Part shown: in pieces, positions 18,376 through 28,496 of the stretch
Layout: each line of letters opens with the position of its first letter
Numbering within the stretch: the first letter of the stretch is position 1
Source: Draconibacterium sp.
Lineage (GTDB): Bacteria; Bacteroidota; Bacteroidia; Bacteroidales; Prolixibacteraceae
Direction: 5' to 3'
Length of the DNA: 64,000 bases
Assembly: GCA_050179035.1 (NCBI GenBank)
Contig: JBFXFM010000021.1
Location: 12 to 64,011 of the forward strand
Position numbers and translations under genes: made by a program
Notes under the pieces: generated by a model
What the model saw: the letters and a program-made list of their open reading frames with translations, nothing else
Database searches by the model: none
Told to the model about the DNA's origin: nothing

Positions 18376-19395
18376 TTACATCGCCGATTCGAACTGTTTC
18401 AGAAACCTGACATCGTTTTCGAAAAAATGACGAATATCCTTGATTCCATAACGAAGCATTGTAATTCTTTCGATTCCCATTCCAAAGGCAAAACCTGTGT
18501 ATTTTTTACTGTCGATGTTGCAGGCTTCAAGCACATTCGGGTCAACCATTCCGCAACCCAGAATTTCGAGCCAGCCGCTGTATTTGCAAACATTGCAGCC
18601 TTTACCACCGCAAATCGAACAGCTCACGTCCATTTCGGCACTGGGTTCGGTAAACGGGAAGTACGACGGGCGCAAGCGGATTTGCGTTCCTTCGCCAAAC
18701 AACTCTTTGGCAAATTGCAGCAGTGTTTGTTTCAGGTCGGCAAACGAAACATTTTCGTCAACATACAAACCTTCAATCTGGTGGAAAATACAGTGCGAGC
18801 GTGCCGAAATGGCTTCGTTGCGAAATACGCGTCCTGGGAAAATCATACGGATTGGCGGCTGGGTGCGTTCCATTACGCGAATCTGAACGCTTGAAGTATG
18901 TGTGCGTAACAATACATCAGGATTTTTTTCGATAAAAAAAGTATCCTGCATATCGCGCGCCGGATGCTCGGGCGGAAAGTTCAGCGCCGAAAAAACATGC
19001 CAGTCATCTTCAATTTCAGGGCCTTCAGCAACTGTAAAACCGAGTCGGCCAAAAATGCCGATGATTTCGTTTTTTACGAGCGAAAGTGGGTGGCGTGTTC
19101 CCAGTTTTAAGGGTTCGCCGGGCATAGTGAGATCAATGCTTTGGTCGTTACCTCCCGCATTCTCAAAGGCTTCCTTCAGTACGTTAATTTTATCAAGAGC
19201 AAAATTTTTCAGCGTGTTAATGGCTTGCCCAACCTCTTTTTTCTGTTCGGGCGAAACGTTTTTAAAATCGTCGAACAATTGGCTGATGCTTCCTTTTTTA
19301 CTGATAAATTTTAGCCTGAGTTCTTCAACTTCCTCTTTTGTTGAAGCTGCTGCTTTCTCAATTTCTTCCTGTAAAGCCTTAATTTTCTCTAACAT
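18376..19395 (-). CDS. pheS: Phenylalanine--tRNA ligase alpha subunit
   Basis: HPARDMQDTF, LRTHTSSVQ, FHQIEGL, RPSYFPFTEPS, GFAFGMGIER; start MLEK at 19395 or 19401. Confidence 0.98.
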   Translation of the reverse strand: MLEKIKALQEEIEKAAASTKEEVEELRLKFISKKGSISQLFDDFKNVSPEQKKEVGQAINTLKNFALDKINVLKEAFENAGGNDQSIDLTMPGEPLKLGTRHPLSLVKNEIIGIFGRLGFTVAEGPEIEDDWHVFSALNFPPEHPARDMQDTFFIEKNPDVLLRTHTSSVQIRVMERTQPPIRMIFPGRVFRNEAISARSHCIFHQIEGLYVDENVSFADLKQTLLQFAKELFGEGTQIRLRPSYFPFTEPSAEMDVSCSICGGKGCNVCKYSGWLEILGCGMVDPNVLEACNIDSKKYTGFAFGMGIERITMLRYGIKDIRHFFENDVRFLKQFESAM

Positions 19396-19500
19396 CTGCA
19401 TTGCATTTTTATGATGGGCAAATGTAACCGAAATTTTTTTATTTGAATTTTATGTGTGCTTTGAAAAGAAAACCAGCAAAATTATTTACGTGAAGATAAT

Positions 19501-21225
19501 TTAACCAACCGGCAAACTGAAGCTTACAGTGGTTCCACTACCCTGAGTGCTTTCGACCCAAATGGAACCGTTATGTTTTTTTACCAGGTCGCTGCAAAGT
19601 ATTAATCCCATCCCTGTTCCTTTTTCATTAGCTGTTCCGGTTTTTGAGCGGATGGTTGAAATATTGAAAAGTTTTGCCTTTTCTTCGGCCGTCATCCCAA
19701 TCCCTCTGTCGCTCACCGAAACGGTAAATTTATTCCCGGCCTGGGTTAGCTTTATTTTCACGATTCCGTTTTCGGGCGAGAATTTTATTGCATTATCCAC
19801 GAGGTTTCTGAGGATTGTTTTCAGCATCATGTTGTCGACATGAATAAATTGACCATCATCTGCATTTTCAGTTTCAAGTTGAATTTTCTTTTTCAGTGCA
19901 ACAATTGCATAATCGGCAACAATATTTTTGCAAAGTGCGCCAATGTCGGTTTTTACAGGGTGAAACGGAAATTTGCCGGTATCGAGCCGTGCCCAGGTGA
20001 GTAAATCGTCGAGCAACCTGAAAATGCTGTGCGCGGAATTATGTATGTATTTTGAGTAGGTTTTTTGCTCGTTCTGATTCAGTTGTTCAAATTTATCATA
20101 TAATAAATCGGTAAACCCCAACAGTGTATTAAAGGGACTTCGTAAATCATGCGCCATCACCGAGATAAACCTGTCTTTATTCAGGTTAGATTTTTCAAGT
20201 TCCTGGTTCAGTATAAAAATCTCATCGCTTTTAGTTTTCATTTTCAGCCAGTTGATGGCAAGTATAAATAACAAAAAGCTCATAAAAATTCCGGCTGAAA
20301 AGACAGCAACAACCCTGAATGAAAAATAATCGGGTGTTGATTGATATTTTGTGAAATGCAAAGTCCATGTTTTCCCGTTAAAAACCAAAGGCATTTCCAG
20401 CGAATAGTAATGATTGGTTTGATTTGTCGTGCAAACCGAATCGCTGCTGAACAACACTGAGCCGGGATTTATCCCTTCATTGTCGTAAATGGTCAGGTTC
20501 AGGTTTTCATTTTTCCATTTACCGGTGATTCCTGTAATTAAATCGTTCATCCTGAACGGACTGAAAACCCACCCTGCAAGATATTGAGATGAATTATTAT
20601 TCGCCGGAGATGAATAATTTTTAAAAACAGGAACAAACATTATCGTTCCAGGTGATTTTTCGCTGACGGAATCCTGTAACAGAAAAACTTTATCGGAAAT
20701 TACAACGGCATTGCTTCTTTCGGCTAAAACCATTGCTTTTTTCCGCACGGGTTCGGTAAATGGGTCAAATCCAAAAGCTATCAGGTTACTGCCCGAAAAT
20801 GGTTCGATATATAACACCGAGGTGTAAAATTCGCGCGGACCTTCAGGTTTTACCCTGAAATCAGGAAAACCTTCTTTTTGTATTAGTTTTTCAAATTGAT
20901 CCAGTTGTTCTGACTGAATTTTTTTTACAAAACCGATTCCCTGAATTCCGGGCAATTCGCTCACCGATTTGTTTTGAAACTGGAAAAGTTTCCATTCATC
21001 ACGGGTAATACTGTCGGAGCTTGAGATATACGCTGCACTGCTGTACAAAACCTGTGCGTTAGCATTTAACTGATTTAAGATTTTGTTTTTATAATCCTGG
21101 CAGGTATTTTCAAAAGCTTGCTGGTTAATTAGTTTTAAGTCGGTAAAAGAAGAGATGGTTATTAACTCGGTAAGTAAAATACCTGCAAGCAGCACTAAAT
21201 AAGGCAGTAATGTAATTTTTTTCAT
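19501..21225 (-). CDS. CHASE-domain sensor histidine kinase
   Basis: 574 aa; two TMs flanking a CHASE domain (LPGIQGIG, YIEPFSGSN..AFGFD); AHDLRSP, NLVDNAIKF, DRGIG, GTGMGL. Confidence 0.92.
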   Translation of the reverse strand: MKKITLLPYLVLLAGILLTELITISSFTDLKLINQQAFENTCQDYKNKILNQLNANAQVLYSSAAYISSSDSITRDEWKLFQFQNKSVSELPGIQGIGFVKKIQSEQLDQFEKLIQKEGFPDFRVKPEGPREFYTSVLYIEPFSGSNLIAFGFDPFTEPVRKKAMVLAERSNAVVISDKVFLLQDSVSEKSPGTIMFVPVFKNYSSPANNNSSQYLAGWVFSPFRMNDLITGITGKWKNENLNLTIYDNEGINPGSVLFSSDSVCTTNQTNHYYSLEMPLVFNGKTWTLHFTKYQSTPDYFSFRVVAVFSAGIFMSFLLFILAINWLKMKTKSDEIFILNQELEKSNLNKDRFISVMAHDLRSPFNTLLGFTDLLYDKFEQLNQNEQKTYSKYIHNSAHSIFRLLDDLLTWARLDTGKFPFHPVKTDIGALCKNIVADYAIVALKKKIQLETENADDGQFIHVDNMMLKTILRNLVDNAIKFSPENGIVKIKLTQAGNKFTVSVSDRGIGMTAEEKAKLFNISTIRSKTGTANEKGTGMGLILCSDLVKKHNGSIWVESTQGSGTTVSFSLPVG

Positions 21226-21541
21226 ATTGCGGATGGTGGATTTATTGCAATTTCACATTCGTTTATCAGGCACATGAATAACATACTTTTCTGGGTTTCT
21301 TGTGGAATGTTGTTTATAAAATTTCCTGAAGTACTCCAAAAACCAATGGATTCAAATGCAAAGGCAGCCAGACAAATTCCGGTTAAATTTTTCAGACCCG
21401 TATTTTTTACCATTGTGCTGGTTTTAAGAATGAACCTTTTAAAAGTATAAAAAATTGATGTCTGTTATTCATCACAGCAACTTATTTCGCAAGGGGTTTG
21501 CTCGGCAAAAGTTTTTACCTATTTTTGCAACCGTAAAAACC

Positions 21542-21613
21542 GGCCCTATAGTTCAAGGGATAGAACGGAAGTTTCCTAAACTTCAAATTCGCGTTCGAGT
21601 CGCGGTGGGGCTA
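21542..21613 (+). tRNA. trnR: tRNA-Arg(CCT)
   Basis: GGCCCTA/TGGGGCT acceptor stem, GTTC/GAAC D-stem, GAAGT-TTCCTAA-ACTTC anticodon arm, TCGCG-TTCGAGT-CGCGG T-arm; CCA not encoded; TATTTTTG -7 element just upstream. Confidence 0.95.
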
Positions 21614-21615
21614 CA

Positions 21616-21645
21616 AAAGCTGCTGGTATCCGGCGGCTTTTTTTA
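21616..21645 (+). terminator. Terminator after the tRNA
   Basis: AAAGCTGCTGG-TAT-CCGGCGGCTTT followed by a T-run. Confidence 0.75.
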
Positions 21646-21690
21646 TACTTTATATTTTGATTTGCGTTAGCCGGAAATTTGTCAAATGAA

Positions 21691-22572
21691 CTAAACCGGG
21701 GCTTTTTCATCATCAGTGTATGGCGAAACAAGTTTCCTGCCTCCGTACGGAAACCTTTGCGACATGATATTCAAAATTTCGTTGGCAGTGCTTTCAATGG
21801 GCTTGTTTGATACATTTATTACAGTAAACCCGCCTTTATCAAAAATAAACATTGAGTTTCTTATTTCTTCGCGAACAGCGCGCTCGTCGATGTAAGTTTC
21901 GTTCTGGTGGTTATTCCAGCCCATTAATCGTTTTTTGCGATGGGCAATCAGTTGCGAAACCGAAATGTGCAGGCCAAAAACACGTTGAGGATCGACTTTA
22001 AAAAGTTCGTCGGGCGGTGCAATTCCGTTTACCAGCGGAACATTTGCCACTTTCCAGCCATACATGGCAAGGTAAACGCTGAGCGGAGTTTTGCCAGCCC
22101 GCGAAACACCAGTTAAAACTATTTCAGCACTTTCAAGCCTTTCGGGGCTCATTCCATCGTCGTGTGAGAGCGTGTATTCAATCGATTCAATCCTGTCGAA
22201 ATATTTGTGGTTTAACTCGCGGTAAAGTCCGGGGTACATCAGCGGTTTTGTTTCTGTAACCTCGTCGAGGTATTTTGCAAGTTTGTCGAACAGGTCAACC
22301 TCGCGCACGCCAAACTCGGTACAATATTGAATTATTTTATCTCTTAAAATGGTGTTCACCATAGTGTGTACAACAATTCCGCCATCAGTTTTAGCCCGCG
22401 TTACCACATCAAAAATCTCGTCTTCGTTTGTAACGTTTGGAACAATAATTACCGGAATGTTATTATTCGGATACTGAATGAGCAACGCCTGAACAACATT
22501 GTTGCCGGCCATTCCGCGTCCACCCGAAACCACGTAAATGGGAGGTGGAATATCTTTTCTTATTGTATTCAT
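21691..22572 (-). CDS. ppsR: PEP synthase/PPDK regulatory kinase-pyrophosphorylase (DUF299)
   Basis: YFDRIESIEYTLSHDDG, LTGVSRAGKTPLSVYLA..GWKVANVPL, PIESTA; likely start 22572. Confidence 0.9.
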   Translation of the reverse strand: MNTIRKDIPPPIYVVSGGRGMAGNNVVQALLIQYPNNNIPVIIVPNVTNEDEIFDVVTRAKTDGGIVVHTMVNTILRDKIIQYCTEFGVREVDLFDKLAKYLDEVTETKPLMYPGLYRELNHKYFDRIESIEYTLSHDDGMSPERLESAEIVLTGVSRAGKTPLSVYLAMYGWKVANVPLVNGIAPPDELFKVDPQRVFGLHISVSQLIAHRKKRLMGWNNHQNETYIDERAVREEIRNSMFIFDKGGFTVINVSNKPIESTANEILNIMSQRFPYGGRKLVSPYTDDEKAPV

Positions 22573-22781
22573 AGCTGTTGTTTTTTGGTAAAACAAAAAT
22601 AGTCAGCCGTAGTTTGTTTTGCCTGAAAAATAAAAACCGCTCCCCGCAGGAAGAGCAGTTTTAACAAAATAATAACGGATTGATTATGTTTAAACACAGA
22701 ACCAAAATACATTTTCTTTTGGAATGTGCGCAAACTTTGGGTATTTAAGTAATTAGAAAAAAAATGTCATATTTCAATTTC

Positions 22782-22883
22782 TTCACTCACCCCGAGTTCA
22801 CCCGATGTGAATCGTGAGAACTCTGCCCCTCTCTTTATAAAGAGAGGGGCGAAGCCACCTTGAGGTGGCTTGGGGTGAGTGAA
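22782..22883. repeat. Multi-branched REP-like palindromic element
   Basis: Outer TTCACTCACCCC/GGGGTGAGTGAA; inner GAGTTC..GAACTC, GCCCCTCTCTTTATAAAGAGAGGGGC and AGCCACCTTGAGGTGGCT. Confidence 0.8.
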
Positions 22884-22958
22884 TTAAAATACGGCAATAA
22901 ATACATCTTATTACTTAGTTTTTCACTTTGTGAATACTTTGATGGAGCCGTTTTAAAG

Positions 22959-23150
22959 CTACACAGAATCAGTTCGCTTCAAAGGTTTTATTGGTCTTAT
23001 AACCACTTCGGTTTCACACTGCGGACAAATATAAATTTCGCATCCGGTGCAGGCAAAACAGTTGCTGCAGGTTCGGGGCAAATCGAAATTTGAAAACCTG
23101 AATCCACATTTTTCGCAGGTATAGAAAACCTCTTTACGTTTGGTAATCAT
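22959..23150 (-). CDS. Small 8-Cys zinc-ribbon-like protein
   Basis: 63 aa; CxxC-x12-CxxCxxCxxC-x4-CxxC; start overlaps the permease stop by 4 bp. Confidence 0.7.
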   Translation of the reverse strand: MITKRKEVFYTCEKCGFRFSNFDLPRTCSNCFACTGCEIYICPQCETEVVIRPIKPLKRTDSV

Positions 23151-23959
23151 CTCACGAAATGTTTAACCAGTTTTAAAACACCAAAAACGATAACCAGGGT
23201 AAAAATAATTGCCGCACCCGAAGGAATATCGAGCATCCACGAAATAATTAACCCCGAAACCGAGCCAACAAATGCGAATAAAGTGGAAAGCAGGAGCAGC
23301 TTTTTAAAATCGCTGGTAAACAGGTTGGCTGTAGCCTGCGGAATGGTCAGCAGCGAAAGTATCAGTATAATTCCGACAACCCTGATGTTGAGTACCACTG
23401 TGAGCGCAATGAGTGTGATGATTACGTAATTAAAAAGCGTAACCGGCAATCCGGCGGTTCTGGCAAATTCCTCGTCGAAAGCGATGTATAATATTGGTTT
23501 GAAGAATATCAGAAATACAACAAGAATTATTGCAACAAGAAAAAACATCCACCAAAGTTCGCTGGTGGTTACTGTGAGTATGTTTCCAAAAAGGTAACTC
23601 ATCAGGTTTGGGGTGTAGCCGGGTGTAAGAAAAACAAAAATTATTCCGAGCGCCATCCCGAGCGACCACCAGATAGCAATCGACGAATCTTCGCGGATTT
23701 CGGCCACTTTTGTAAAAAATTGTATGCCCAATGCCGAAAAAATAGCAAAAAGTACTGCCCCTAATAACGGGTTAAATCCAAGGAAAAAGGCAAGACCGAT
23801 GCCGCCAAAAGAAGCGTGGGTTATTCCACCACTGATAAATACAATGCGTTTTGCCACAACATAACCACCAATCACGCCACACGAAATACTGGCAAAGACC
23901 GCTGACAAAAAGGCTTTTACAAAGAAATCATATTGAAGTAATTCGACAGGTGAGTTCAT
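23147..23959 (-). CDS. Zn/Mn ABC transporter permease (ZnuB-like)
   Basis: FISGGITHASFGG, SYLFGNIL, DEEFA, VVGIILILSLLTIP. Confidence 0.93.
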   Translation of the reverse strand: MNSPVELLQYDFFVKAFLSAVFASISCGVIGGYVVAKRIVFISGGITHASFGGIGLAFFLGFNPLLGAVLFAIFSALGIQFFTKVAEIREDSSIAIWWSLGMALGIIFVFLTPGYTPNLMSYLFGNILTVTTSELWWMFFLVAIILVVFLIFFKPILYIAFDEEFARTAGLPVTLFNYVIITLIALTVVLNIRVVGIILILSLLTIPQATANLFTSDFKKLLLLSTLFAFVGSVSGLIISWMLDIPSGAAIIFTLVIVFGVLKLVKHFVR

Positions 23960-24702
23960 GAAATGTGATTTTTTAAAACCCGGTGGGGCACTTTACCGTG
24001 AGAAATGAGTTGTATGGGACAATTATAATCGTCAAGCTGCTCCTGTGTGATTTTATTGTCGGTATGATAATGCAATCTACCGTTTACACAGGCAATGGTT
24101 TTTACATACCCTGCAATGGTTCCAACATCATGCGAAACCAGGATGATGGTCATATTTTCGTTTAGTTTTCCTAATTTTTCGTACAATTCGCCTTCAAAGC
24201 GGTTATCTACAAAAGTATCCGGTTCATCTAAAATCAGAATTTTTGGGTTGCTGATGATGGCCCTGCATAAAAAAACCCGCTGCATTTGTCCACCCGAAAG
24301 TTCGCCGATGGCTTTGTTGCTGATTTCTATTATCCCGGTTTCGGCAAGTAAATCGTTAACTCTCTGTTTTGTTTTCTCTTTAGTTTCTTTGGTTAAACTC
24401 ATTATCAACCCCGATTTTACCACATCGAAAACTGTGATGGGAAACCGGCGGTCGATGTTTTTTACCTGCGGCAGATAACCAATTGGTTTTTTCTGAAGAT
24501 TTATGTCGCTTCTGAAAATTATTTTTCCCTCAAAAGGTTGAATCAGCCCGAGAATAGCTTTTAAGAGCGAAGTTTTTCCACCACCGTTTGGCCCGATAAC
24601 TCCAATAAAATCGTTGTCAAAAATCTGAAGATTAACATTGGTAATAACCGGTTTACGGTCATACCCAACTGTCATGTTTTCGATATGAATTAAAGGTTCC
24701 AT
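23956..24702 (-). CDS. Zn/Mn ABC transporter ATP-binding protein (ZnuC-like)
   Basis: GPNGGGKTS, LSGGQMQR, ILDEP, LVSHD. Confidence 0.94.
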   Translation of the reverse strand: MEPLIHIENMTVGYDRKPVITNVNLQIFDNDFIGVIGPNGGGKTSLLKAILGLIQPFEGKIIFRSDINLQKKPIGYLPQVKNIDRRFPITVFDVVKSGLIMSLTKETKEKTKQRVNDLLAETGIIEISNKAIGELSGGQMQRVFLCRAIISNPKILILDEPDTFVDNRFEGELYEKLGKLNENMTIILVSHDVGTIAGYVKTIACVNGRLHYHTDNKITQEQLDDYNCPIQLISHGKVPHRVLKNHIS

Positions 24703-25574
24703 TACAAATTACTGATAATTGTTTGTGTCATTTCACGTAAGTTTCCTGACCAATCGGGACTGAGCGGATGTACCTGAACCACCTCGCCGCCGGTTTCTTC
24801 GGCAAAAACCCGGGCATGTTCACGATCGAGTTCGCCCTGAATATAAATCACTTTAATGTTTTCGCGCCTGGCTAAATCAATTAATTCGGTCATTCGTTGC
24901 GGCGTTGGTTCTTTTCCGCCCGATTCGAGTGAAAGCTGTTCAATTCCGTAATCGCGGGCAAAATAGGAGAGGCTCGGGTGAAATGTGATAATTTTTTTCC
25001 CGGGAAAAGGCGCCAGCTTACTGCGAATTTCAGCATCAACTGAATCGATTTCGGCGATAAATGTTTTGTAGTTGGTTTCGTATTTTTCCTTTTCTGGTGG
25101 ATTAATTGCCGAAATTTCGGTCAGTATTTTCGCTGCCATTTGCTTTACCAGCGCGGGCGAAAGCCAAATATGAGGGTCAACACCTGTCAGCATTGTTTCC
25201 CCGTTTTCAGTGGATTTATTGGCTGCAATCAGGTCGAGCCCCTCCGATAAATCAACCACTTTCATGGCTGGGTTGGCAGCAATAATTTTGTCTTTCCACG
25301 ATAGCTCGAACCCGATATAACCCATTCTGAACCAGATTGCGGTTTGCGCAATTCCCGCCATTTGCGATGGTAATAACGAGTAGGCAGCCGGACTGGTTCC
25401 CGGTGGTAAAAGAACATTGACAGTAAAATCGTTCCCTGCAATCTTTTCAATAAAGGTTTTTTGAGGCAGAATACTTACAGTAATGTTTTTTGATGAGTTT
25501 TCAACAGTAGCTTTTCTTTGCCCGCATCCGGCAAATATCAATGCTATTGAAAGAATCAGGATAAGATTTTTCAT
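24702..25574 (-). CDS. Zn/Mn ABC transporter substrate-binding lipoprotein (ZnuA/TroA-like)
   Basis: Lipobox FAGC; VSILPQ, DPHIWLSP, FHPSLSYFARDYG. Confidence 0.92.
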   Translation of the reverse strand: MKNLILILSIALIFAGCGQRKATVENSSKNITVSILPQKTFIEKIAGNDFTVNVLLPPGTSPAAYSLLPSQMAGIAQTAIWFRMGYIGFELSWKDKIIAANPAMKVVDLSEGLDLIAANKSTENGETMLTGVDPHIWLSPALVKQMAAKILTEISAINPPEKEKYETNYKTFIAEIDSVDAEIRSKLAPFPGKKIITFHPSLSYFARDYGIEQLSLESGGKEPTPQRMTELIDLARRENIKVIYIQGELDREHARVFAEETGGEVVQVHPLSPDWSGNLREMTQTIISNL

Positions 25575-25594
25575 ACTGATTTTAAGATTAATTT

Positions 25595-25879
25595 TTAATG
25601 TATGCAGTCGTGTTTATGTTCGTTGGCATCTTCTTTTGGAGGAACAGGGTCGTACCCCGAAGTTCCCCATGGATGACAGCGTGAAATCCGTTTTGTGGCA
25701 AGCCAGAATCCTTTAAACGGCCCGTGTATTTTAACCGCCTGCAAAGCATATTCTGAGCAAGTGGGGTAGTGGCGACACGACGCCGGTGTAAATGGAGAAA
25801 TGGCATATTTGTATATGTAAACCGGCACCAGCAACACCCATCCAATTAATTTGTATATGGTTTTTACAATACGCTGCAT
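25595..25879 (-). CDS. yidD: Membrane protein insertion efficiency factor
   Basis: [38 protein letters not shown]; likely start 25879. Confidence 0.92.
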   Translation of the reverse strand: MQRIVKTIYKLIGWVLLVPVYIYKYAISPFTPASCRHYPTCSEYALQAVKIHGPFKGFWLATKRISRCHPWGTSGYDPVPPKEDANEHKHDCIH

Positions 25880-26009
25880 AACTGCAAATTTATAATTTAT
25901 ACCGGAGTTCAAGAAAATATAACTGCAATTCATAACTGTTGATTTGAAATCAGTCTGAATGGCAATATATTTTTAAATTTGCGTCCATTCAGCAAAAACA
26001 AAAAAATAA

Positions 26010-26990
26010 ATGGAGAAGATAGTGGCAATTGGTGTCGATATTGGCGGAACCAACACGGTTATCGGCATTGTTGACCAGGATGGAACAGTGATATTAAAGA
26101 CCAATATTCCGACACCTGCTCATTGTGATTTTGAACGATATGTTGCAGATCTTTCGGATACCATTAAAAAGCTGATTTCAGAAGCTGAAAAGCAGGTTAA
26201 GAATGTGAAAGTTATGGGAATCGGTGTTGGAGCTCCCATTGGAAATTACCACACCGGAACCATCGATTTTGCCACCAACTTATCGTTTAAAGGACGATTG
26301 CCGGTTGTTGATTCGGTTCGTCGCCATTTCGCAGAAATTCCTGTTATTGTTCTCACCAACGACGCCAATGCTGCAGCCATGGGCGAAATGATGTATGGTG
26401 GTGCAAAAGGAATGCGCGATTTTGTGATGTTTACCCTCGGAACTGGTGTTGGAAGTGGTATTGTTGCCAACGGTAATCTGGTTATCGGAGCCGATGGATT
26501 GGCTGGTGAAATTGGGCATTCGGTTTTAATTCCGGGTGGAAGACTTTGTAGCTGCGGTTTTTACGGCCACCTCGAAGCATACTGTTCAGCTCCGGCTATG
26601 AAAAATACCGCCATTGAACTTTTGAAACAGGATGATAATACCCACAGTTTGCTTGCTAAAAAATCATTTGCCGAACTCGATTCGAAAATGATTTTTGAGG
26701 CTGCTGAAAAGGGCGATAAAATTGCACTCGAAGTTTTTGAAAAAACAGGCGAATGGCTGGGAATGGGACTAGCCAACACGGTGTATCACCTGAGCCCCGG
26801 GGCATTTTTTCTGTTTGGTGGGCCAACTGCTGCGGGTGATTTGCTTTTCAAACCAACAAAAGCCAGCATGGAAAAACATCTGCTTTCGATTTACAAAAAC
26901 AAAATTGAAATTCTTCCTTCGAAACTGAATCCTGGCGAAGCTGCAATTACAGGAGCAAGTGCTATGGTTTGGAAGGAGCTTGAAAAATAA
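26010..26990 (+). CDS. ROK-family sugar kinase (glucokinase-like)
   Basis: GVDIGGTNT, NDANAAAMGE, TLGTGVGSG, GEIGH, CSCG..GHLEAY. Confidence 0.92.
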   Translation: MEKIVAIGVDIGGTNTVIGIVDQDGTVILKTNIPTPAHCDFERYVADLSDTIKKLISEAEKQVKNVKVMGIGVGAPIGNYHTGTIDFATNLSFKGRLPVVDSVRRHFAEIPVIVLTNDANAAAMGEMMYGGAKGMRDFVMFTLGTGVGSGIVANGNLVIGADGLAGEIGHSVLIPGGRLCSCGFYGHLEAYCSAPAMKNTAIELLKQDDNTHSLLAKKSFAELDSKMIFEAAEKGDKIALEVFEKTGEWLGMGLANTVYHLSPGAFFLFGGPTAAGDLLFKPTKASMEKHLLSIYKNKIEILPSKLNPGEAAITGASAMVWKELEK

Positions 26991-27071
26991 GCCTGAATTT
27001 TTTTAAATTGGGTTTTCCATTCAACATTTACCCGATTTGTTACCGGATTAAACCAGTTTAAACTTTTGATT

Positions 27072-28496
27072 ATGAATAAAACACAAACAATTAATTTCCT
27101 GCTGATTTTGTTGTTGTTTGCCGGATTTCAGAAAAAAGCAAGTTGTAAAAATCCTCATCAAAAACATAAGGAGAAGATTTTCTTTTACCAGACAACCCCT
27201 GATAAATCGTTACTGTTTGCCAAACAGGAAATTAAAGCTCAAAGTACACCAGACAACAACAACCCGACCATTGAAATACTTACTGAAAAAACCTTTCAGG
27301 AAATGGACGGGTTTGGTTTTACGCTTACCGGTGGCAGCGCTTTTCATATCAATAACATGTCGGCAACAAAACGCCACGAACTTTTAACCGAACTATTTGC
27401 TTTTGATAAAGAAAATATCGGTATCAGTTACCTGAGAATCAGTTTGGGGGCATCGGATTTGGATGCTGAGGTTTTTTCGTACAATGATTTGCCTGCAGGT
27501 AAAACAGACGTGAAAATGGAGCGGTTCTCGCTTGCACCCGATAAAAAATTTCTGATACCTGTTTTAAAAGAAATTCTGGCTATCAATCCGGATATAAAAA
27601 TTCTGGCTTCGCCGTGGTCGCCGCCAACATGGATGAAAACCAACAACGCATCGAAAGGTGGAAGTCTGAAATCTGAATATTACGATGCCTACGCAAAGTA
27701 TTTTGTGAAATATATTCAGGAGATGCAAAAAGAGGGAATTGAAATTGATGCAATTACAGTACAAAACGAACCGCTGCACCCGGGAAACAATCCAAGTTTG
27801 CTGATGCCCGCAACCGAACAGGCCGATTTTATTAAACGCAGTCTGGGACCAGCTTTTCAGGCGGCAGGAATTAAAACAAAGATCATTATTTACGACCATA
27901 ATGCCGACAAACCCGAATATCCGATTTCGGTTTTAAACGATTCGGAAGCAAAGAAATATATCGATGGATCGGCGTTTCACCTGTACGGCGGTGTAATTGA
28001 AAATGTAAGCAAAGTGCATGAATCACACCCCGATAAAAACCTCTATTTTACAGAACAGTGGATTGGGGCTCCCGGCAATTTTGGCGGTGATTTACAGTGG
28101 CACGTGAAAAACCTGATTATTGGAGCATCGCGTAACTGGTGTAAAACTGTGCTCGAATGGAACCTGGCTGCCGATCCAAAGCAAAAACCTCACACGCCGG
28201 GCGGCTGTACACAATGTTTGGGTGCAGTAACCATCGATGGTGATTTGGTTGTCCGCAATCCGGCTTATTATATTGTAGCTCATGCATCAAAGTTTGTGCG
28301 ACCAGGTTCGGTGCGGGTGGAAACAAATATCCCGCCGGGGCTGCCAAATGTGGCTTTTAAAGCCCCCGACGGGACATTTGTAATTGTTGTGCTGAATGAC
28401 TCAGATTCAGGGAAAATATTCAATTTGAAAATTGGAGGAAAAACATTTTCCGCTTCTCTTGAAAAAGGGTCAGTGGGAACCTACATTTTGGATTAG
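27072..28496 (+). CDS. Glycoside hydrolase family 30 (glucosylceramidase / beta-1,6-glucanase-like)
   Basis: FQEMDGFG, ASPWSPPTWMK, TVQNEP (acid/base), YFTEQ (nucleophile); signal peptide. Confidence 0.92.
   Translation: MNKTQTINFLLILLLFAGFQKKASCKNPHQKHKEKIFFYQTTPDKSLLFAKQEIKAQSTPDNNNPTIEILTEKTFQEMDGFGFTLTGGSAFHINNMSATKRHELLTELFAFDKENIGISYLRISLGASDLDAEVFSYNDLPAGKTDVKMERFSLAPDKKFLIPVLKEILAINPDIKILASPWSPPTWMKTNNASKGGSLKSEYYDAYAKYFVKYIQEMQKEGIEIDAITVQNEPLHPGNNPSLLMPATEQADFIKRSLGPAFQAAGIKTKIIIYDHNADKPEYPISVLNDSEAKKYIDGSAFHLYGGVIENVSKVHESHPDKNLYFTEQWIGAPGNFGGDLQWHVKNLIIGASRNWCKTVLEWNLAADPKQKPHTPGGCTQCLGAVTIDGDLVVRNPAYYIVAHASKFVRPGSVRVETNIPPGLPNVAFKAPDGTFVIVVLNDSDSGKIFNLKIGGKTFSASLEKGSVGTYILD

Noticed and set aside
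21222-21413. 63-aa ORF overlapping the CHASE kinase start by 4 bp
   Set aside because: The overlap hints at coupling, but there is no recognisable motif and no clear start context; it cannot be supported without a homology search.
21542-21700. tRNA-Arg as an integration site for the neighbouring genes
   Set aside because: No integrase and no duplicated tRNA 3' end (att site) seen in the window.
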